Assembly (NCBI GenBank): GCA_002774285.1
Contig: PEYT01000004.1
Span: 4,345 to 68,344 of the forward strand
Length of the DNA: 64,000 bases
Origin: a candidate division WWE3 bacterium CG08_land_8_20_14_0_20_40_13
GTDB lineage: Bacteria; Patescibacteriota; WWE3; 0-14-0-20-40-13
Direction of reading: 5' to 3'
Shown: piece by piece, positions 18,556 through 29,364 of the stretch
Numbering within the stretch: position 1 is the first letter of the stretch
Layout of the letters: every line of letters starts with the position of its first letter
Notes under the pieces: generated by a model
Told to the model about the DNA's origin: nothing
The model's input: the letters and a program-made list of their open reading frames with translations, nothing else
Database searches by the model: none
Program-made: the position numbers and the translations under genes

Positions 18556-18933
18556 CTAGGAAACGAGTTTCTTAAAAAGGACCTCCACAGTTTTTGCGCA
18601 GACAACGCGGCGGCCAAAACATTTATGAGGAACAAGGGCACCGCTAAAGGTTTTCGGAATATGCAATAGCTCGTGAATTAATGTTTTATCTTGATCTTCT
18701 TTTTTAAGTTTAAAAAATTTCTCCGAAATTATTTCTATTACATAGCGAGGCGCTAGGTCAAAAGCGACTTGATGAATACGGGGGAAAGAATAAATGCGCG
18801 CAATTGCCCGCGTTTTTGTGCCGTGGCTGACAATCAACTTAACGAAATCTTTGTCAACATGGGGAAATGGGATTTTCCCAATTATTTCATCTAACCGGGA
18901 TTTAATTTGGGGATTTGCAAAATATTCAACCAC
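18556..18933 (-). CDS. small HExxH-motif putative zinc metallopeptidase (SprT/DUF45-like)
   Basis: 125 aa with LIHELLHIP. The family assignment is tentative. Confidence 0.4.
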   Translation of the reverse strand: MVEYFANPQIKSRLDEIIGKIPFPHVDKDFVKLIVSHGTKTRAIARIYSFPRIHQVAFDLAPRYVIEIISEKFFKLKKEDQDKTLIHELLHIPKTFSGALVPHKCFGRRVVCAKTVEVLFKKLVS

Positions 18934-18995
18934 GAAAGTATTCTAACAGAAACGCCCCCAGTTATCACACAAACTTATTGTGACAACAAGGGGCG

Positions 18996-19355
18996 TCAAT
19001 TTTGACTGGTGTTTCTGAACCTTCTGAACCCAAGTTCAATTCTTTCGTTTCGGATATACCTCGCTATGGCAAGTTTCATATCTTGCATTGTCCCGTGTTT
19101 TGGATAAACCCTTATGTCCTGTACGGCACCTTTCTGTGTTACCACAAGAAGAGCGCAACAGGATTCGCTTACGATTTTGACGCGCAAGTTCCCAAGTCCT
19201 TGGCATGTGTGGCCAGTTATTGCGCCGAGAACTATTTTCTCAACAAGGATATTCTCACTGAGAAAAACAACGAGTTCGGTGGCATGGTCGATGACAGTTG
19301 TGTGAGTTCCAGTGATCTTTCCCCCCGCGGCGTGATTTTTCATTACCCCCTCCAT
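18996..19355 (-). CDS. small hypothetical protein (119 aa), paralog of the 6963..7226 ORF
   Basis: MEGVMKNHAAGGKITGTHTTVIDH... It shares the AAGG N-terminus, an internal block and a 13-nt CCCCCCGCGGCGT with the other copy. A same-size ORF on the opposite strand (19002..19361) makes the strand call uncertain. Confidence 0.3.
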   Translation of the reverse strand: MEGVMKNHAAGGKITGTHTTVIDHATELVVFLSENILVEKIVLGAITGHTCQGLGNLRVKIVSESCCALLVVTQKGAVQDIRVYPKHGTMQDMKLAIARYIRNERIELGFRRFRNTSQN

Positions 19356-19417
19356 AATTAAAGAACAAAAGTGTTGCTATAGTAGCAAAAAGCCCACTTA
19401 ATTTCAACGATAGGATT

Positions 19418-21136
19418 TTAGTATTTTTGGGATTGGAGGTTCCAATATCTGGCGTATACGCTTTCGGGGTTTTGAGTGAGTATTTTGTGATTGCCTTCTT
19501 CTATTACAGTTCCTTTTTCTATCACAACAATTTTATCAGCACGCATTACGGTAGAGAGGCGGTGAGCGATAATAATTGTGGTTTTATTTTGCGCCGCTTT
19601 CCAAAATGCCTCCTGGATTTTGGCTTCGGTTTCGGAATCCAATTGGCTTGTCGCTTCATCAAAAATAATGATTTTAGGGTTTGCAAGCATTACCCGAGCA
19701 ATCGCCAACCGTTGTTTTTGCCCGCCAGAAAGTTTTACGCCTCGTTCTCCAACTTCTGTATCATATTTTTTTGGTAGCCCCTGAATAAATTTATCAAGGT
19801 TTGCCATTTTCGCCGCGGCCTCAATTTGATTCTGCTTGGCGTCATCAACTCCATACCCGATGTTAAACCCAATAGTGTTGTTAAAAAGAATTGGATCTTG
19901 GGGAACAACGCCGATTAAAGACCGTAAATACGATTTTTCCATATCTTTTAAATCAACCCCGTCAATTGTAATCCTCCCACCGCTGGTATCGTAAAATCTC
20001 ATCAAAAGTTTTGCGACCGTAGTTTTTCCCGCTCCCGATTCTCCAACCAACGCCACCGATTGTCCCGCACGGATTTTAAGACCGAAGTTTTTTAGGGCGC
20101 CTTTTTTTCCATCGGGGTAAGAAAAGGTTACATCTATAAATTCAATTTCTCCCTCAACTTCCTTTAGTCTTACCGGATTTGTGGGATCTTTTACCAAAGT
20201 TTCGTTTTCCAAAATGCCAAAATATTTTTTTAGGTCCGCCTGATTTTTTATGATGCTTCGCATTCGCCGGACAAAATCAAAAAACCGGCTATAAAACGCG
20301 CTTGTAAAACCAATTACTAGTATGAAATCTCCCGTTGAATAAATTCCAGCCAAGGTCTTTTTAACAGTTACAAAAAGCAAAATAAAAAAGGAAATATTGC
20401 CAAGTGTTCCAAGCGCAATCTCCAGAGCTCTAAATGAATTGGAATACGCCCAAAGTTTGGAAAGCCAAACAACAAAAGAATCTTTTAGTCTTTTTTCCTT
20501 GGCGAAAAGTTTTACCGTTTCGTAGTTTAAAAGATTATCGGTGATAAGTGCCGACAGTTTGTCTTCCTCATCGTTAAATTCTTGCCTTGTCTTTAGGTTT
20601 CTAAAAATAAGAGACTTAGCCACAAAGATATTGGCAAAAAAGGTAAATAAAGAAACAACAACAAACCACGGACTTATTTGGTTAAAAGCAAAAGCCATCA
20701 CGACAAGACTTACTAAAATCCGGATAATGCCAAAGTGAATATTTTCAAAAGTATCAAAAAAAGCGCTGTCGCCTCTTTTAATATTGCTTATTAAAGATCC
20801 TGTGCTTTTGGACAAATGAAAAGCCATATCAAGATCTTGTATTTTCTTAACCACTGATATCCTAGCATCGCGGGAAGAGGGAAGAAGCACGGTATCTCCG
20901 CTCCAGTGGGCAAGAGAAGTAGATATATTATGCGAAATTCTTACTACAAAATACCAAGCGAGAACTACAAATACAGTGCCTGAATTGGGGTTTGTTACCG
21001 CATCAACAAAGAGTTTATAAAAATAGGGTTGGACGCTTTCGGTAACGGACATCACAACAAGAAAAACAAGGAAAAGCCCGTAGCGGAGTTTGTACTTTAG
21101 CAAAAATCCATAGAATTTTTTATATTCATTAAACAT
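19418..21136 (-). CDS. ABC exporter, fused permease and ATPase (MsbA/lipid A export-like)
   Basis: 6-TM N-terminus, then Walker A GESGAGKTT, signature LSGGQKQRLAIARV and Walker B IIIFDEATS. Confidence 0.8.
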   Translation of the reverse strand: MFNEYKKFYGFLLKYKLRYGLFLVFLVVMSVTESVQPYFYKLFVDAVTNPNSGTVFVVLAWYFVVRISHNISTSLAHWSGDTVLLPSSRDARISVVKKIQDLDMAFHLSKSTGSLISNIKRGDSAFFDTFENIHFGIIRILVSLVVMAFAFNQISPWFVVVSLFTFFANIFVAKSLIFRNLKTRQEFNDEEDKLSALITDNLLNYETVKLFAKEKRLKDSFVVWLSKLWAYSNSFRALEIALGTLGNISFFILLFVTVKKTLAGIYSTGDFILVIGFTSAFYSRFFDFVRRMRSIIKNQADLKKYFGILENETLVKDPTNPVRLKEVEGEIEFIDVTFSYPDGKKGALKNFGLKIRAGQSVALVGESGAGKTTVAKLLMRFYDTSGGRITIDGVDLKDMEKSYLRSLIGVVPQDPILFNNTIGFNIGYGVDDAKQNQIEAAAKMANLDKFIQGLPKKYDTEVGERGVKLSGGQKQRLAIARVMLANPKIIIFDEATSQLDSETEAKIQEAFWKAAQNKTTIIIAHRLSTVMRADKIVVIEKGTVIEEGNHKILTQNPESVYARYWNLQSQKY

Positions 21137-21230
21137 TTTTCTATAATAACAGCTTGGAGAGCGACTTTAAATAGGAAAACACTCAATAAAATCTTTTAAT
21201 GCAATTTATTAAATGATATATTTTTAGGTA

Positions 21231-22766
21231 ATGTCCCTTGCCAGAGTTAACTGCGCCACTGTGGTTGGTTTGGATCCGTTTCCCGTTACGGTAGAAGTAG
21301 CTGTAGAAGAAAAAGGTTTTCCTAGTTTTACAATTGTTGGCCTCCCATCTCGCGAGATTGATGAGGCAAAAGAAAGAGTGCGTGCCGCGATCCAAAACGC
21401 TGGCGCGGAATTTCCCGACCACCGAATTGTTGTAAACCTCGCTCCTGCGGATCTTCCCAAAAAGGGTTCTGCTTTTGATGTGGCGATAGCTATTGGAATA
21501 TTAGCCGCTAGTGATCAAGGTATCTCCTGCGATTTATCAAAAAAACTGTTTCTTGGAGAACTGTCGTTGGATGGATCTTTGCGTCCAGCTTTTGGAGTTT
21601 TGCCTATTTCTCTTTATGCAAGAGGCGCTGGATTAAGTCACATGTATGTTCCAAAAGAGAACGCCAAAGAATCGGCGGTGGTAAAAGATATTCACACCAT
21701 TTCGGTTTCTGGAATCGGGGATCTTATTGAGCACCTTGAGGGGAGAAAATTGCTATACAGGGAAGATTATTTGGATTTTGAGGAAATGCTTGGCGCCACC
21801 GAAGAGTACGATGTCGATTTTTCCGATGTTATGGGGCAGGAAAAAGCAAAACGCGCTTTGGAGATTGCATCAAGTGGTGGTCACAATGTAGCGCTTTCCG
21901 GTCCGCCCGGGAGCGGAAAAACCATGCTGGCCCGCGCCCTTCCCTCAATTTTACCTCGGTTGACTTTAGACGAAGCGTTAGAGGTTACAAAAGTCTATTC
22001 CGTAACGGGAAATTTAAATTCTAAAACTCCTTTGGTTTATGCCAGACCTTTTCGGAGTCCCCATCACACAATATCAAGAGTTGGTCTTATCGGTGGTGGT
22101 TCCACAATTACTCCGGGCGAAATAAGTTTGGCACACCGCGGGGTTTTATTTTTGGATGAATTTCCCGAGCTATCGCGCAATGTTTTGGAGTCGCTCCGTC
22201 AGCCTTTAGAAGATGGTTTTGTTACCATAAGTAGGGCTTCCGGCACCTTAACATTTCCTTCGCGTTTTATTTTAGTTGTCGCGTCTAACCCCTGCCCTTG
22301 TGGAAATTTGGGAAGGCAAAAGGTTTCTTGTGTCTGCTCGCCTTCTCAGATAAGAAATTACAAAAGACGGGTAAGCGGCCCAATCTGGGATAGAATTGAT
22401 ATTCATGTTGATGTACCTCTTGTGGATGCGGAAGAGCTTACCAAAAGAAAAAATACCGGAGCCGTAAGTTCCAAAGAAATTAGAAACCGCGTGCAAAAAG
22501 CTCGCGATCTGCAAAAAGCCAGATTTATCGGAACGAAGATAGTATGTAATGCCGATATGGCAACCAAAGATATAAAAAATCTTTCCCAAATTACAAATGG
22601 GGCGCTCGATATTTTAAAAATGGCGGTTGGGAATTTTGGCCTTTCAGCAAGGAGCTATTTTAAGACTTTAAAGGTGGCGCAAACTATTGCTGATTTGGCA
22701 GATTCGAAAGAAATTCTTCCCGCTCATGTTTCCGAAGCCCTAAGTTTTAGATTAAAAGCGGATTAG
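21231..22766 (+). CDS. comM: Mg-chelatase-like AAA+ ATPase ComM/YifB
   Basis: Lon-like N-terminal domain, Walker A GPPGSGKT and a C-terminal ChlI-type domain. The 511-aa size is typical. Confidence 0.8.
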   Translation: MSLARVNCATVVGLDPFPVTVEVAVEEKGFPSFTIVGLPSREIDEAKERVRAAIQNAGAEFPDHRIVVNLAPADLPKKGSAFDVAIAIGILAASDQGISCDLSKKLFLGELSLDGSLRPAFGVLPISLYARGAGLSHMYVPKENAKESAVVKDIHTISVSGIGDLIEHLEGRKLLYREDYLDFEEMLGATEEYDVDFSDVMGQEKAKRALEIASSGGHNVALSGPPGSGKTMLARALPSILPRLTLDEALEVTKVYSVTGNLNSKTPLVYARPFRSPHHTISRVGLIGGGSTITPGEISLAHRGVLFLDEFPELSRNVLESLRQPLEDGFVTISRASGTLTFPSRFILVVASNPCPCGNLGRQKVSCVCSPSQIRNYKRRVSGPIWDRIDIHVDVPLVDAEELTKRKNTGAVSSKEIRNRVQKARDLQKARFIGTKIVCNADMATKDIKNLSQITNGALDILKMAVGNFGLSARSYFKTLKVAQTIADLADSKEILPAHVSEALSFRLKAD

Positions 22767-23030
22767 GTTGTACCACCGCGCTTGGGTTAAGTATAAAGCT
22801 ATAATTCCGGTGAAGAAAACAAAGGAGACAGCAAGAGATTTTTGGAAGTCGTGGACGATATAAGGGGTGTAGTCGGTGATTTCCGTGTCAAACTTTTCCG
22901 CTTTTGTAATTGCCAACGGCTCTTTTGAAATTCTTGGAGCGGTGGCTTTTGGGCTTCCAAGCTGGGCTTTTAAGATTTCAACTTGGGCACGGAGTCTTGC
23001 AATTTCTTTTTTGTTCTTTTTTTTCGCCAT
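22752..23030 (-). CDS. small hypothetical protein with a C-terminal TM helix
   Basis: 92 aa with a Lys-rich N-terminus and a hydrophobic C-terminus. Convergent 15-nt overlap with comM. Confidence 0.3.
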   Translation of the reverse strand: MAKKKNKKEIARLRAQVEILKAQLGSPKATAPRISKEPLAITKAEKFDTEITDYTPYIVHDFQKSLAVSFVFFTGIIALYLTQARWYNLIRF

Positions 23031-23081
23031 ACTCTTATGATAGCATGAATTGTATTACTCAGTTTAGTTTTAAATTCTTAA

Positions 23082-24338
23082 ATGCCCCAAATAAATTCTC
23101 TTTTAGATTCCCAAAATGTAAAAAACCCACTAGTTTCGGAAATATCGCAAACACTACAGGGACCAAAAGAGCCTCGGGATAAATTTGTTTTTATCGGAGT
23201 TCTGGTTTTGGGAATTCTTTTTGTTTTTTCGGGATTGGTTTATGCATTATCGTCTTTTGGCTATTGGCGAGGAAAGGAGCCGGTATCGGCGACAACTTCT
23301 ACTATAGGTTTGGTGTCAAAATCCAAAGAAGCGGGAAACATTACTGGAAATAATCTAGGAGACACCCCATCGTGGATAAATGGTTCTTACACTACAAAAG
23401 AAGAGGAAGCGATTTGGAAAAATCGGAGGCCTTTGGGAATTATGATAAATAACCACACCGAGGCCCGTCCGCAGTCGTGTTTGTACAACGCGGACATTGT
23501 GTACGAGGCGGTGGCGGAAGGCGGAATCACAAGGTTTTTGGCAGTTTATCAAACAAAAGATTGTGAAAAGGTTGGTCCGGTTAGAAGCGCCAGAGTTTAT
23601 TATGAAGATTGGAATGCGGAATATAATGGAATTTATGCCCATTGGGGAGCGGCATATCAAGATAAAAATAATCCCAGCGTAACATTTCCGGAAGCGGATG
23701 CTTACTTAAAAGTCAATGAACTTAACATGCCTGATTTGGATCAGATGTGGCTTGGTGATTTGGCGTATTGGAGGTTAGATAGACCGGGAAAAGCACCCGA
23801 GCATACAGGTTACACTTCAACAAAAAGGCTTTGGGATGCTTATACCATCAAATATCCCGAAAATGATTGGCGGATTGTTCAACCTTTTGACAGTTGGAAA
23901 TTTAAAGATGATGCGGAATCTTCAAAAAGGCCGCAAAAGGGGGCATTGGAATTTGATTTTTGGGAAACCACTCCGGGTTACAATGTAAAATGGGAGTATG
24001 ATTCTGCAACTAACGATTATAAAAGATATCAGGGTGGTGAGATGGTAAAAGACGCCGATACCGGAAAAGAAATCAGGGCAAAAAATGTAATTGTGCAGTT
24101 CCAGAAAGAGTCAAGCGTAGGGGATAAAAAGAATCATTTAATGTATCAAACATTGGGGACTGGAGAAGCACAGATATTTAGAGATGGGCAGAAAATTACT
24201 GCAGTGTGGTCCAAGCAATCACCAAGATCCCGCACAAAGTACTATGATTCTGCTGGAAACCCTGTAGAATTTGCTAGGGGGCAAATGTGGGTAGAGATAG
24301 TTCCATCTGGTAATACTGTCTCTTACCAGACAAACTAG
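23082..24338 (+). CDS. DUF3048-domain protein (YerB-like), membrane anchored
   Basis: ...RPLGIMINNHTEARPQSCLYNADIVYEAVAEGGITRFLAVYQ... matches the DUF3048 core. Confidence 0.55.
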   Translation: MPQINSLLDSQNVKNPLVSEISQTLQGPKEPRDKFVFIGVLVLGILFVFSGLVYALSSFGYWRGKEPVSATTSTIGLVSKSKEAGNITGNNLGDTPSWINGSYTTKEEEAIWKNRRPLGIMINNHTEARPQSCLYNADIVYEAVAEGGITRFLAVYQTKDCEKVGPVRSARVYYEDWNAEYNGIYAHWGAAYQDKNNPSVTFPEADAYLKVNELNMPDLDQMWLGDLAYWRLDRPGKAPEHTGYTSTKRLWDAYTIKYPENDWRIVQPFDSWKFKDDAESSKRPQKGALEFDFWETTPGYNVKWEYDSATNDYKRYQGGEMVKDADTGKEIRAKNVIVQFQKESSVGDKKNHLMYQTLGTGEAQIFRDGQKITAVWSKQSPRSRTKYYDSAGNPVEFARGQMWVEIVPSGNTVSYQTN

Positions 24339-24339
24339 A

Positions 24340-24918
24340 ATGTTAAAAGATCTAATAACATCTAATGTTCGGGTTAAAATCCTAGTGCTTTTCCTTTCTC
24401 ACCCTAAGGAAAGTTTCCATGTTAGAGATATTACGCGGAGGGTGGGGACGGAAATTAACGCCGTAAGACGCGAGTTAGACCGGCTTATAAAGGTGGGGCT
24501 TTTTAAAAGAGAGGCTCGGGGTAATCGTGTATATATCCGCCTCCGGAGCGACTATCCGTTTTTGGGAGATCTGTTATCTGCTTTTGATAAAGAGCACGGG
24601 CTTTCGGCAAATATCTTGGAAAACGAAAAGGGACTTGGGAAGGTTAAAATGGGGCTAGTCTCAAGTGAATTTTTACAAGGACGAATAAGCGGTTTGGAAG
24701 ATGTGGACTTGCTTTTGGTGGGAACGGTAGATCTAAAAGTATTAAAAGATATTGTGGAAAAATTTCAGGAGAAGTCTGGCCGCGAGGTAAATTATTCGGT
24801 AATGGGGGAAGAGGAGTTCGATTTTAGAAAGAAGAGAATGGATCCTTTTATTGTTAAAGTTCTGACCCAGTCAAGAATAATTTTTATCGGGGACAGCGAC
24901 AAAAATTGCAAACTATAA
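24340..24918 (+). CDS. winged-helix transcriptional regulator-like protein
   Basis: N-terminal wHTH-like segment (...VRDITRRVGTEINAVRRELDRLIKVGLF...). The C-terminal domain is unknown. Confidence 0.35.
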   Translation: MLKDLITSNVRVKILVLFLSHPKESFHVRDITRRVGTEINAVRRELDRLIKVGLFKREARGNRVYIRLRSDYPFLGDLLSAFDKEHGLSANILENEKGLGKVKMGLVSSEFLQGRISGLEDVDLLLVGTVDLKVLKDIVEKFQEKSGREVNYSVMGEEEFDFRKKRMDPFIVKVLTQSRIIFIGDSDKNCKL

Positions 24919-24930
24919 CCTCTACCAATT

Positions 24931-26268
24931 ATGAAGATAACACCTAGGCTTATATTACTCTTAGTTTCCTTTCTTACTTTTTGTTGTTTGCTAATTGATT
25001 TACCAAAAATCCCCGTTAAATTTACCTACGGTAATTTCCGTATCGACACAGAAATTGGCGGGTACAGTATAAATTTTTTTAACGGAAAGTTTACGCGGGA
25101 TTTAAATATCAAGCAGGGATTGGATATAAAGGGGGGAGTTAGAGTAACTTTGAATGCGGATATGTCAAAAGTAGATGCAAAAGACCGAGGTTCCAGTTTG
25201 GAGTCGGCGCGGTCAGTCGTAGATCGACGGATAAACTCCTTAGGGGTTTCGGAGCCTTCAATCATGACTGTATTAGCAAAAGATACCTTTAGGATAGTAG
25301 TGGAGCTTCCGGGAATTACCGATCCGCAAAAGGCGGTAACTGAGCTTTCACAGGTGGCTTATCTAGACTTTAGAGAGTTAAAAGAGGGGGTGAAAACGCC
25401 CCAAGCTTTAGAAGATTTTGTCGCGACCGATCTGTCTGGAAAAGATCTAAAAAGGTCGCTAGTTGAATTTGATCCAAATACAAGGAAACCGGTTATTTCT
25501 TTGGAATTTACCATAGACGGGGCAAGAAAGTTTGAGGAGATAACAGGGCGTAATGTAGATAAGCCCTTGGCTATATTTTTAGATAACAACATCCTGTCTT
25601 CGCCGCAGGTAAAAGAAAAAATCACCGGTGGAAAAGCTATCATAAACGGAGAGTTTACAATAGACGAAGTAAACTCACTTGTTAGGTTATTAAACGCAGG
25701 TTCGCTTCCTGTTCCACTAACCATTATCTCTCAGGAAAATGTTCCCCCATCACTTGGACTTGCGTCGGTGCAAAAAAGTTCCGTCGCAGGACTTATTGGT
25801 CTTGTTCTTGTTATGCTTTTTATGTTTTTTCTATATGGAAAACTTGGAATTTTGGCTAATGTAGCTTTGGTGATTTATGGGATTATTACTTTGGCTATTT
25901 ATAAGATTGTGCCTGTAGTTTTGACCCTACCCGGAATCGCTGGATTTATTCTTTCTATAGGCATGGCCGTGGACGCCAACATTTTGATCTTTGAAAGAAT
26001 AAAAGAAGAAGTGCGTACAGGAAAGCCTTTGACTTTGGCGCTTGAGGCGGGTTTCGGTCGAGCGTGGGATTCTATAAGAGACGCTAATGTTTGTACTCTT
26101 ATTACCTGCTTTATTTTGTTTAATCCTTTTGGCTGGTCTTTTTTACATACTTCGGGGCCTATTAGAGGATTTGCTTTAACTTTGTTTTTGGGGATTGTGG
26201 TTTCTCTTTTTACCGGAATTATCGTGTCCCGAAATTTAATCAGAGTTTTCTACCGAATCAAAAAATGA
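24931..26268 (+). CDS. secD: protein translocase subunit SecD
   Basis: SecD periplasmic domain plus the C-terminal 6-TM region. 4-nt overlap with secF. Confidence 0.8.
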   Translation: MKITPRLILLLVSFLTFCCLLIDLPKIPVKFTYGNFRIDTEIGGYSINFFNGKFTRDLNIKQGLDIKGGVRVTLNADMSKVDAKDRGSSLESARSVVDRRINSLGVSEPSIMTVLAKDTFRIVVELPGITDPQKAVTELSQVAYLDFRELKEGVKTPQALEDFVATDLSGKDLKRSLVEFDPNTRKPVISLEFTIDGARKFEEITGRNVDKPLAIFLDNNILSSPQVKEKITGGKAIINGEFTIDEVNSLVRLLNAGSLPVPLTIISQENVPPSLGLASVQKSSVAGLIGLVLVMLFMFFLYGKLGILANVALVIYGIITLAIYKIVPVVLTLPGIAGFILSIGMAVDANILIFERIKEEVRTGKPLTLALEAGFGRAWDSIRDANVCTLITCFILFNPFGWSFLHTSGPIRGFALTLFLGIVVSLFTGIIVSRNLIRVFYRIKK

Positions 26269-27143
26269 TCAATTTCATGCGGTTTAGATATTTTTATTTT
26301 GCGTTTTCTTTACTTTTTATTATCCTTTCAGTTTTTGGATTGGTATTTTGGGGATTAAAGCCTTCCGTAGAATTTACTGGAGGAACGCAGATTAAATTTG
26401 AAATTTTAAATTTTAAATTTGAAATTGAAGAAATAATTAATCTAACTAAAGAAAGCGGAATTGAAGTGTCAAATCTTACTAATGAGACAAATTCTTCTAA
26501 TTCCTATATTCTCCGGGCGAAAGAGATAAGCCAAGATAAATACTCAGAGTTTCAGAAGAAAATAATCGATGCTGGGGGGGAATATAAAGAGATTTCCTTC
26601 GAGTCGGTGGGACCCGTGGTTGGAAAGGAATTAGTGTTTAAAACGATTATTGCAGTCGTTCTTGGATCTCTGTTTATTCTTTTTTATGTGGCGCGCCAAT
26701 TTAAAAATCCTATGTTTGGAGTTTGCGCAATCTTAGCTATGTTTCACGACTCGATTATTTTGCTTGGAGTATTCTCTTTCTTAGGGCATTTTAGAGGTGT
26801 CGAGATAGACGTGCTTTTTGTGACGGCGGTCTTAACCATTCTTTCCTTTAGTGTTCACGATACTATAGTTGTCTATGATAGAGTACGCGAATCTATAAAA
26901 ACGACAAAGGGAATTTCATTTGTTGATTTGGTAAATAAAGCGGTAACGGAAACCCTGTCACGGTCTTTTAACAACTCAATGACAATTATTTTTATGCTTT
27001 TAACTTTATTTTTTCTTGGTGGCGACTCGATAAAATGGTTTGTACTGGCACTACTTGTTGGAACCATCTCTGGGACATATTCTTCCACTTTTACCGCCGC
27101 TCCGCTTTTGGTTATCTGGAATGAGCTTAAAAAGAGAAAATGA
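26265..27143 (+). CDS. secF: protein translocase subunit SecF
   Basis: SecF topology and conserved C-terminal TM block. Translationally coupled to secD. Confidence 0.8.
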   Translation: MINFMRFRYFYFAFSLLFIILSVFGLVFWGLKPSVEFTGGTQIKFEILNFKFEIEEIINLTKESGIEVSNLTNETNSSNSYILRAKEISQDKYSEFQKKIIDAGGEYKEISFESVGPVVGKELVFKTIIAVVLGSLFILFYVARQFKNPMFGVCAILAMFHDSIILLGVFSFLGHFRGVEIDVLFVTAVLTILSFSVHDTIVVYDRVRESIKTTKGISFVDLVNKAVTETLSRSFNNSMTIIFMLLTLFFLGGDSIKWFVLALLVGTISGTYSSTFTAAPLLVIWNELKKRK

Positions 27144-27694
27144 AACCCTTTGTATCCCGTGCTGGAGAAAAATTAGAATTCGCTTTAACCTCTTTTAACA
27201 TTAATCCAAAAGACAAGATTTGTGCTGATTTTGGTTCGTCCACTGGCGGCTTTACCGATTGTCTATTGCAACACGGGGTAAGCAAAGTTTATTCCGTTGA
27301 TACAGCTTATGGCTCACTTGACTGGAAATTAAGAAATGATAAAAGGGTGGTTGTGATGGAAAGGGAAAATGCCGTTTTTGTAACACTTCCAGAAAAAGTA
27401 GATTTAATAACAATTGATGTGGGGTGGACTCGGCAAAAAGACATTCTTCCAAACGCTTTAAAAAATCTAAAAGAAAATGGAATTATTATTAGCTTAATAA
27501 AACCCCATTATGAGGCGAGTAAATTCATGTTGACCAAAGGAGTTTTGGAAGAAAAATTTATCGACGAAGTGTTGCAAAAAGTTCTTAAGGATATCGAGGA
27601 CCTTGGGATAAAAGTTGTAAGACTTGTCAAATCCCCTTTGGAAGGATTAAAAGGCGGCAACAAAGAATTTCTTATATATTTGATACCACGATGA
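27140..27694 (+). CDS. tlyA: TlyA-like FtsJ-fold rRNA 2'-O-methyltransferase (no S4 domain)
   Basis: ...CADFGSSTGGFTDCLLQHGVSKVYSVDTAYG... is the SAM-binding motif of TlyA/FtsJ. Confidence 0.6.
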   Translation: MKPFVSRAGEKLEFALTSFNINPKDKICADFGSSTGGFTDCLLQHGVSKVYSVDTAYGSLDWKLRNDKRVVVMERENAVFVTLPEKVDLITIDVGWTRQKDILPNALKNLKENGIIISLIKPHYEASKFMLTKGVLEEKFIDEVLQKVLKDIEDLGIKVVRLVKSPLEGLKGGNKEFLIYLIPR

Positions 27695-29364
27695 AATGGG
27701 TAATAAAGAGTAAAGAAAAAGTTAAGGATGTCTCAAAACTGGAAGAAATACTTTTGGAAAATAGGGATGTAACAGATATCCCCAACTTTCTAAATCCCCC
27801 AGACCCCTTTACATTTTTGCAGGACGAAAAAAGCATCTTTGGAAAATTTTCAAAAGGTCTCATGGAAACAAAGGAGCTTATCAATAATGCAATAAGAGAC
27901 GATTCTCCAATAATTCTTCACGGAGATTACGATGTGGACGGAATATCAGCAACAGCGATATTATGGGATCTAATTTACAACCATTTAGGATATAAAAATT
28001 GTTTGCCTTTTATTCCCGATAGGTTCGAACATGGATATGGATTAACGGAGAAATCGGTTAGAGCGATTAGAGATACTAGGGGTGTTAGGAATGTTGAAGA
28101 GGAGAAAAATCCCTTACTGATTACATTAGATTGTGGGATCACTGCGGTTGACGAGATTAATTACGCAAAAAAAGAAGGGTTTACAGTTGCAATTGTAGAT
28201 CATCACGAGCTTCCAAAAAAATTGCCAAAAGCCGATGCGATACTTCACACAACAGATCTCTGCTCTGGAGGGATTTCCTATATGTTCTCATCATTTGTAA
28301 AGGGAAAAAGCGATGAAAGAAATTTGGATTTGGCGGCGTTTGCCACGATCGCGGATTTGCAACCACTTTTAGGGATAAATAGAAGTATTGTCAAATATGG
28401 TTTGGAGTTTCTAACCAATTCAAAAAGAGAAGGAATAAATGCTCTTAAAAAAGTTTCGGGAATTGAAGGTAAAAAAATTGGAACATACGAGGTTGGTTGG
28501 ATGTTGGCTCCAAGAGTAAATGCTTCGGGAAGAATTGCATTGGGAATCGAATCTTTACGACTCTTGTGTACCAAAAACGCTTCACAGGCTTTAGATATAG
28601 CTCGAAAACTTAATGAAATAAATACAGAGCGACAAAGTGCTACAGAGGAGATTTTTAGTTTGGCGGACGAAGAAGTAAAAAATATAACGGGGAAGAATTT
28701 AATAATCTCTTATGGGGAAGGTTATCATGAGGGGATTATTGGTTTGGTAGCGCAACGCCTTGTCCAGAAATATTTTAAACCGGCAATAGTTATCGCAAAA
28801 AAAGAAGGAATAAGTAAGGCCTCGGTTAGGTCCGTTCCGGGATTAGATATCACGGAGTTTTTGCGAAAAATGGAAGGTATTTTAGAGAGTGTCGGAGGTC
28901 ATAAAATGGCGGCGGGATTTTCCATTAGATCGGAAAATATCGATAAATTTATAAAAAAAGCAGAAAAGTTGGCGGATAAGGAAATATCTAAAGATCTGCT
29001 AGTTCCGTTTATAGAAGTTGACTTAGAAGTTGGTTTTGAAATCTCTCTTGAAAGTATTTTATCGGAAGTCACAATACTAGAACCATTTGGCCTTGGAAAT
29101 CCATCTCCGGTTTTTGCTGTAAGGGGAGCAGAGGTCTTAGAGACAAAATTGTTTGGAAAAGAAAATAATCACTTAAATATTTCTTTTCTCTTTATGGGAA
29201 AAAGATATTTGGCAAAGCTTTTTGGTGTTAAAAAGGAGGTTTTGGAAAAAGCCACCCAGGGTTCTAAAATAGATATTGCCTTTACTGTTTCAAAAAATAT
29301 CTTTAACGGAAACGAATACGTAAATCTAATTGCTAAGGATACTAATTTTGTTGGGAATCCTTAA
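27691..29364 (+). CDS. recJ: single-stranded-DNA-specific exonuclease RecJ
   Basis: DHH motifs (HGDYDVDG, DHH) and a DHHA1 C-terminal domain. Confidence 0.8.
   Translation: MKWVIKSKEKVKDVSKLEEILLENRDVTDIPNFLNPPDPFTFLQDEKSIFGKFSKGLMETKELINNAIRDDSPIILHGDYDVDGISATAILWDLIYNHLGYKNCLPFIPDRFEHGYGLTEKSVRAIRDTRGVRNVEEEKNPLLITLDCGITAVDEINYAKKEGFTVAIVDHHELPKKLPKADAILHTTDLCSGGISYMFSSFVKGKSDERNLDLAAFATIADLQPLLGINRSIVKYGLEFLTNSKREGINALKKVSGIEGKKIGTYEVGWMLAPRVNASGRIALGIESLRLLCTKNASQALDIARKLNEINTERQSATEEIFSLADEEVKNITGKNLIISYGEGYHEGIIGLVAQRLVQKYFKPAIVIAKKEGISKASVRSVPGLDITEFLRKMEGILESVGGHKMAAGFSIRSENIDKFIKKAEKLADKEISKDLLVPFIEVDLEVGFEISLESILSEVTILEPFGLGNPSPVFAVRGAEVLETKLFGKENNHLNISFLFMGKRYLAKLFGVKKEVLEKATQGSKIDIAFTVSKNIFNGNEYVNLIAKDTNFVGNP

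Noticed and set aside
19002-19361. Plus-strand 119-aa ORF 19002..19361
   Set aside because: Exactly antisense to the equally long minus ORF. The minus strand is preferred because its N-terminus and an internal block are paralogous to the 6963..7226 ORF and the flanking genes are all on the minus strand. This remains uncertain.
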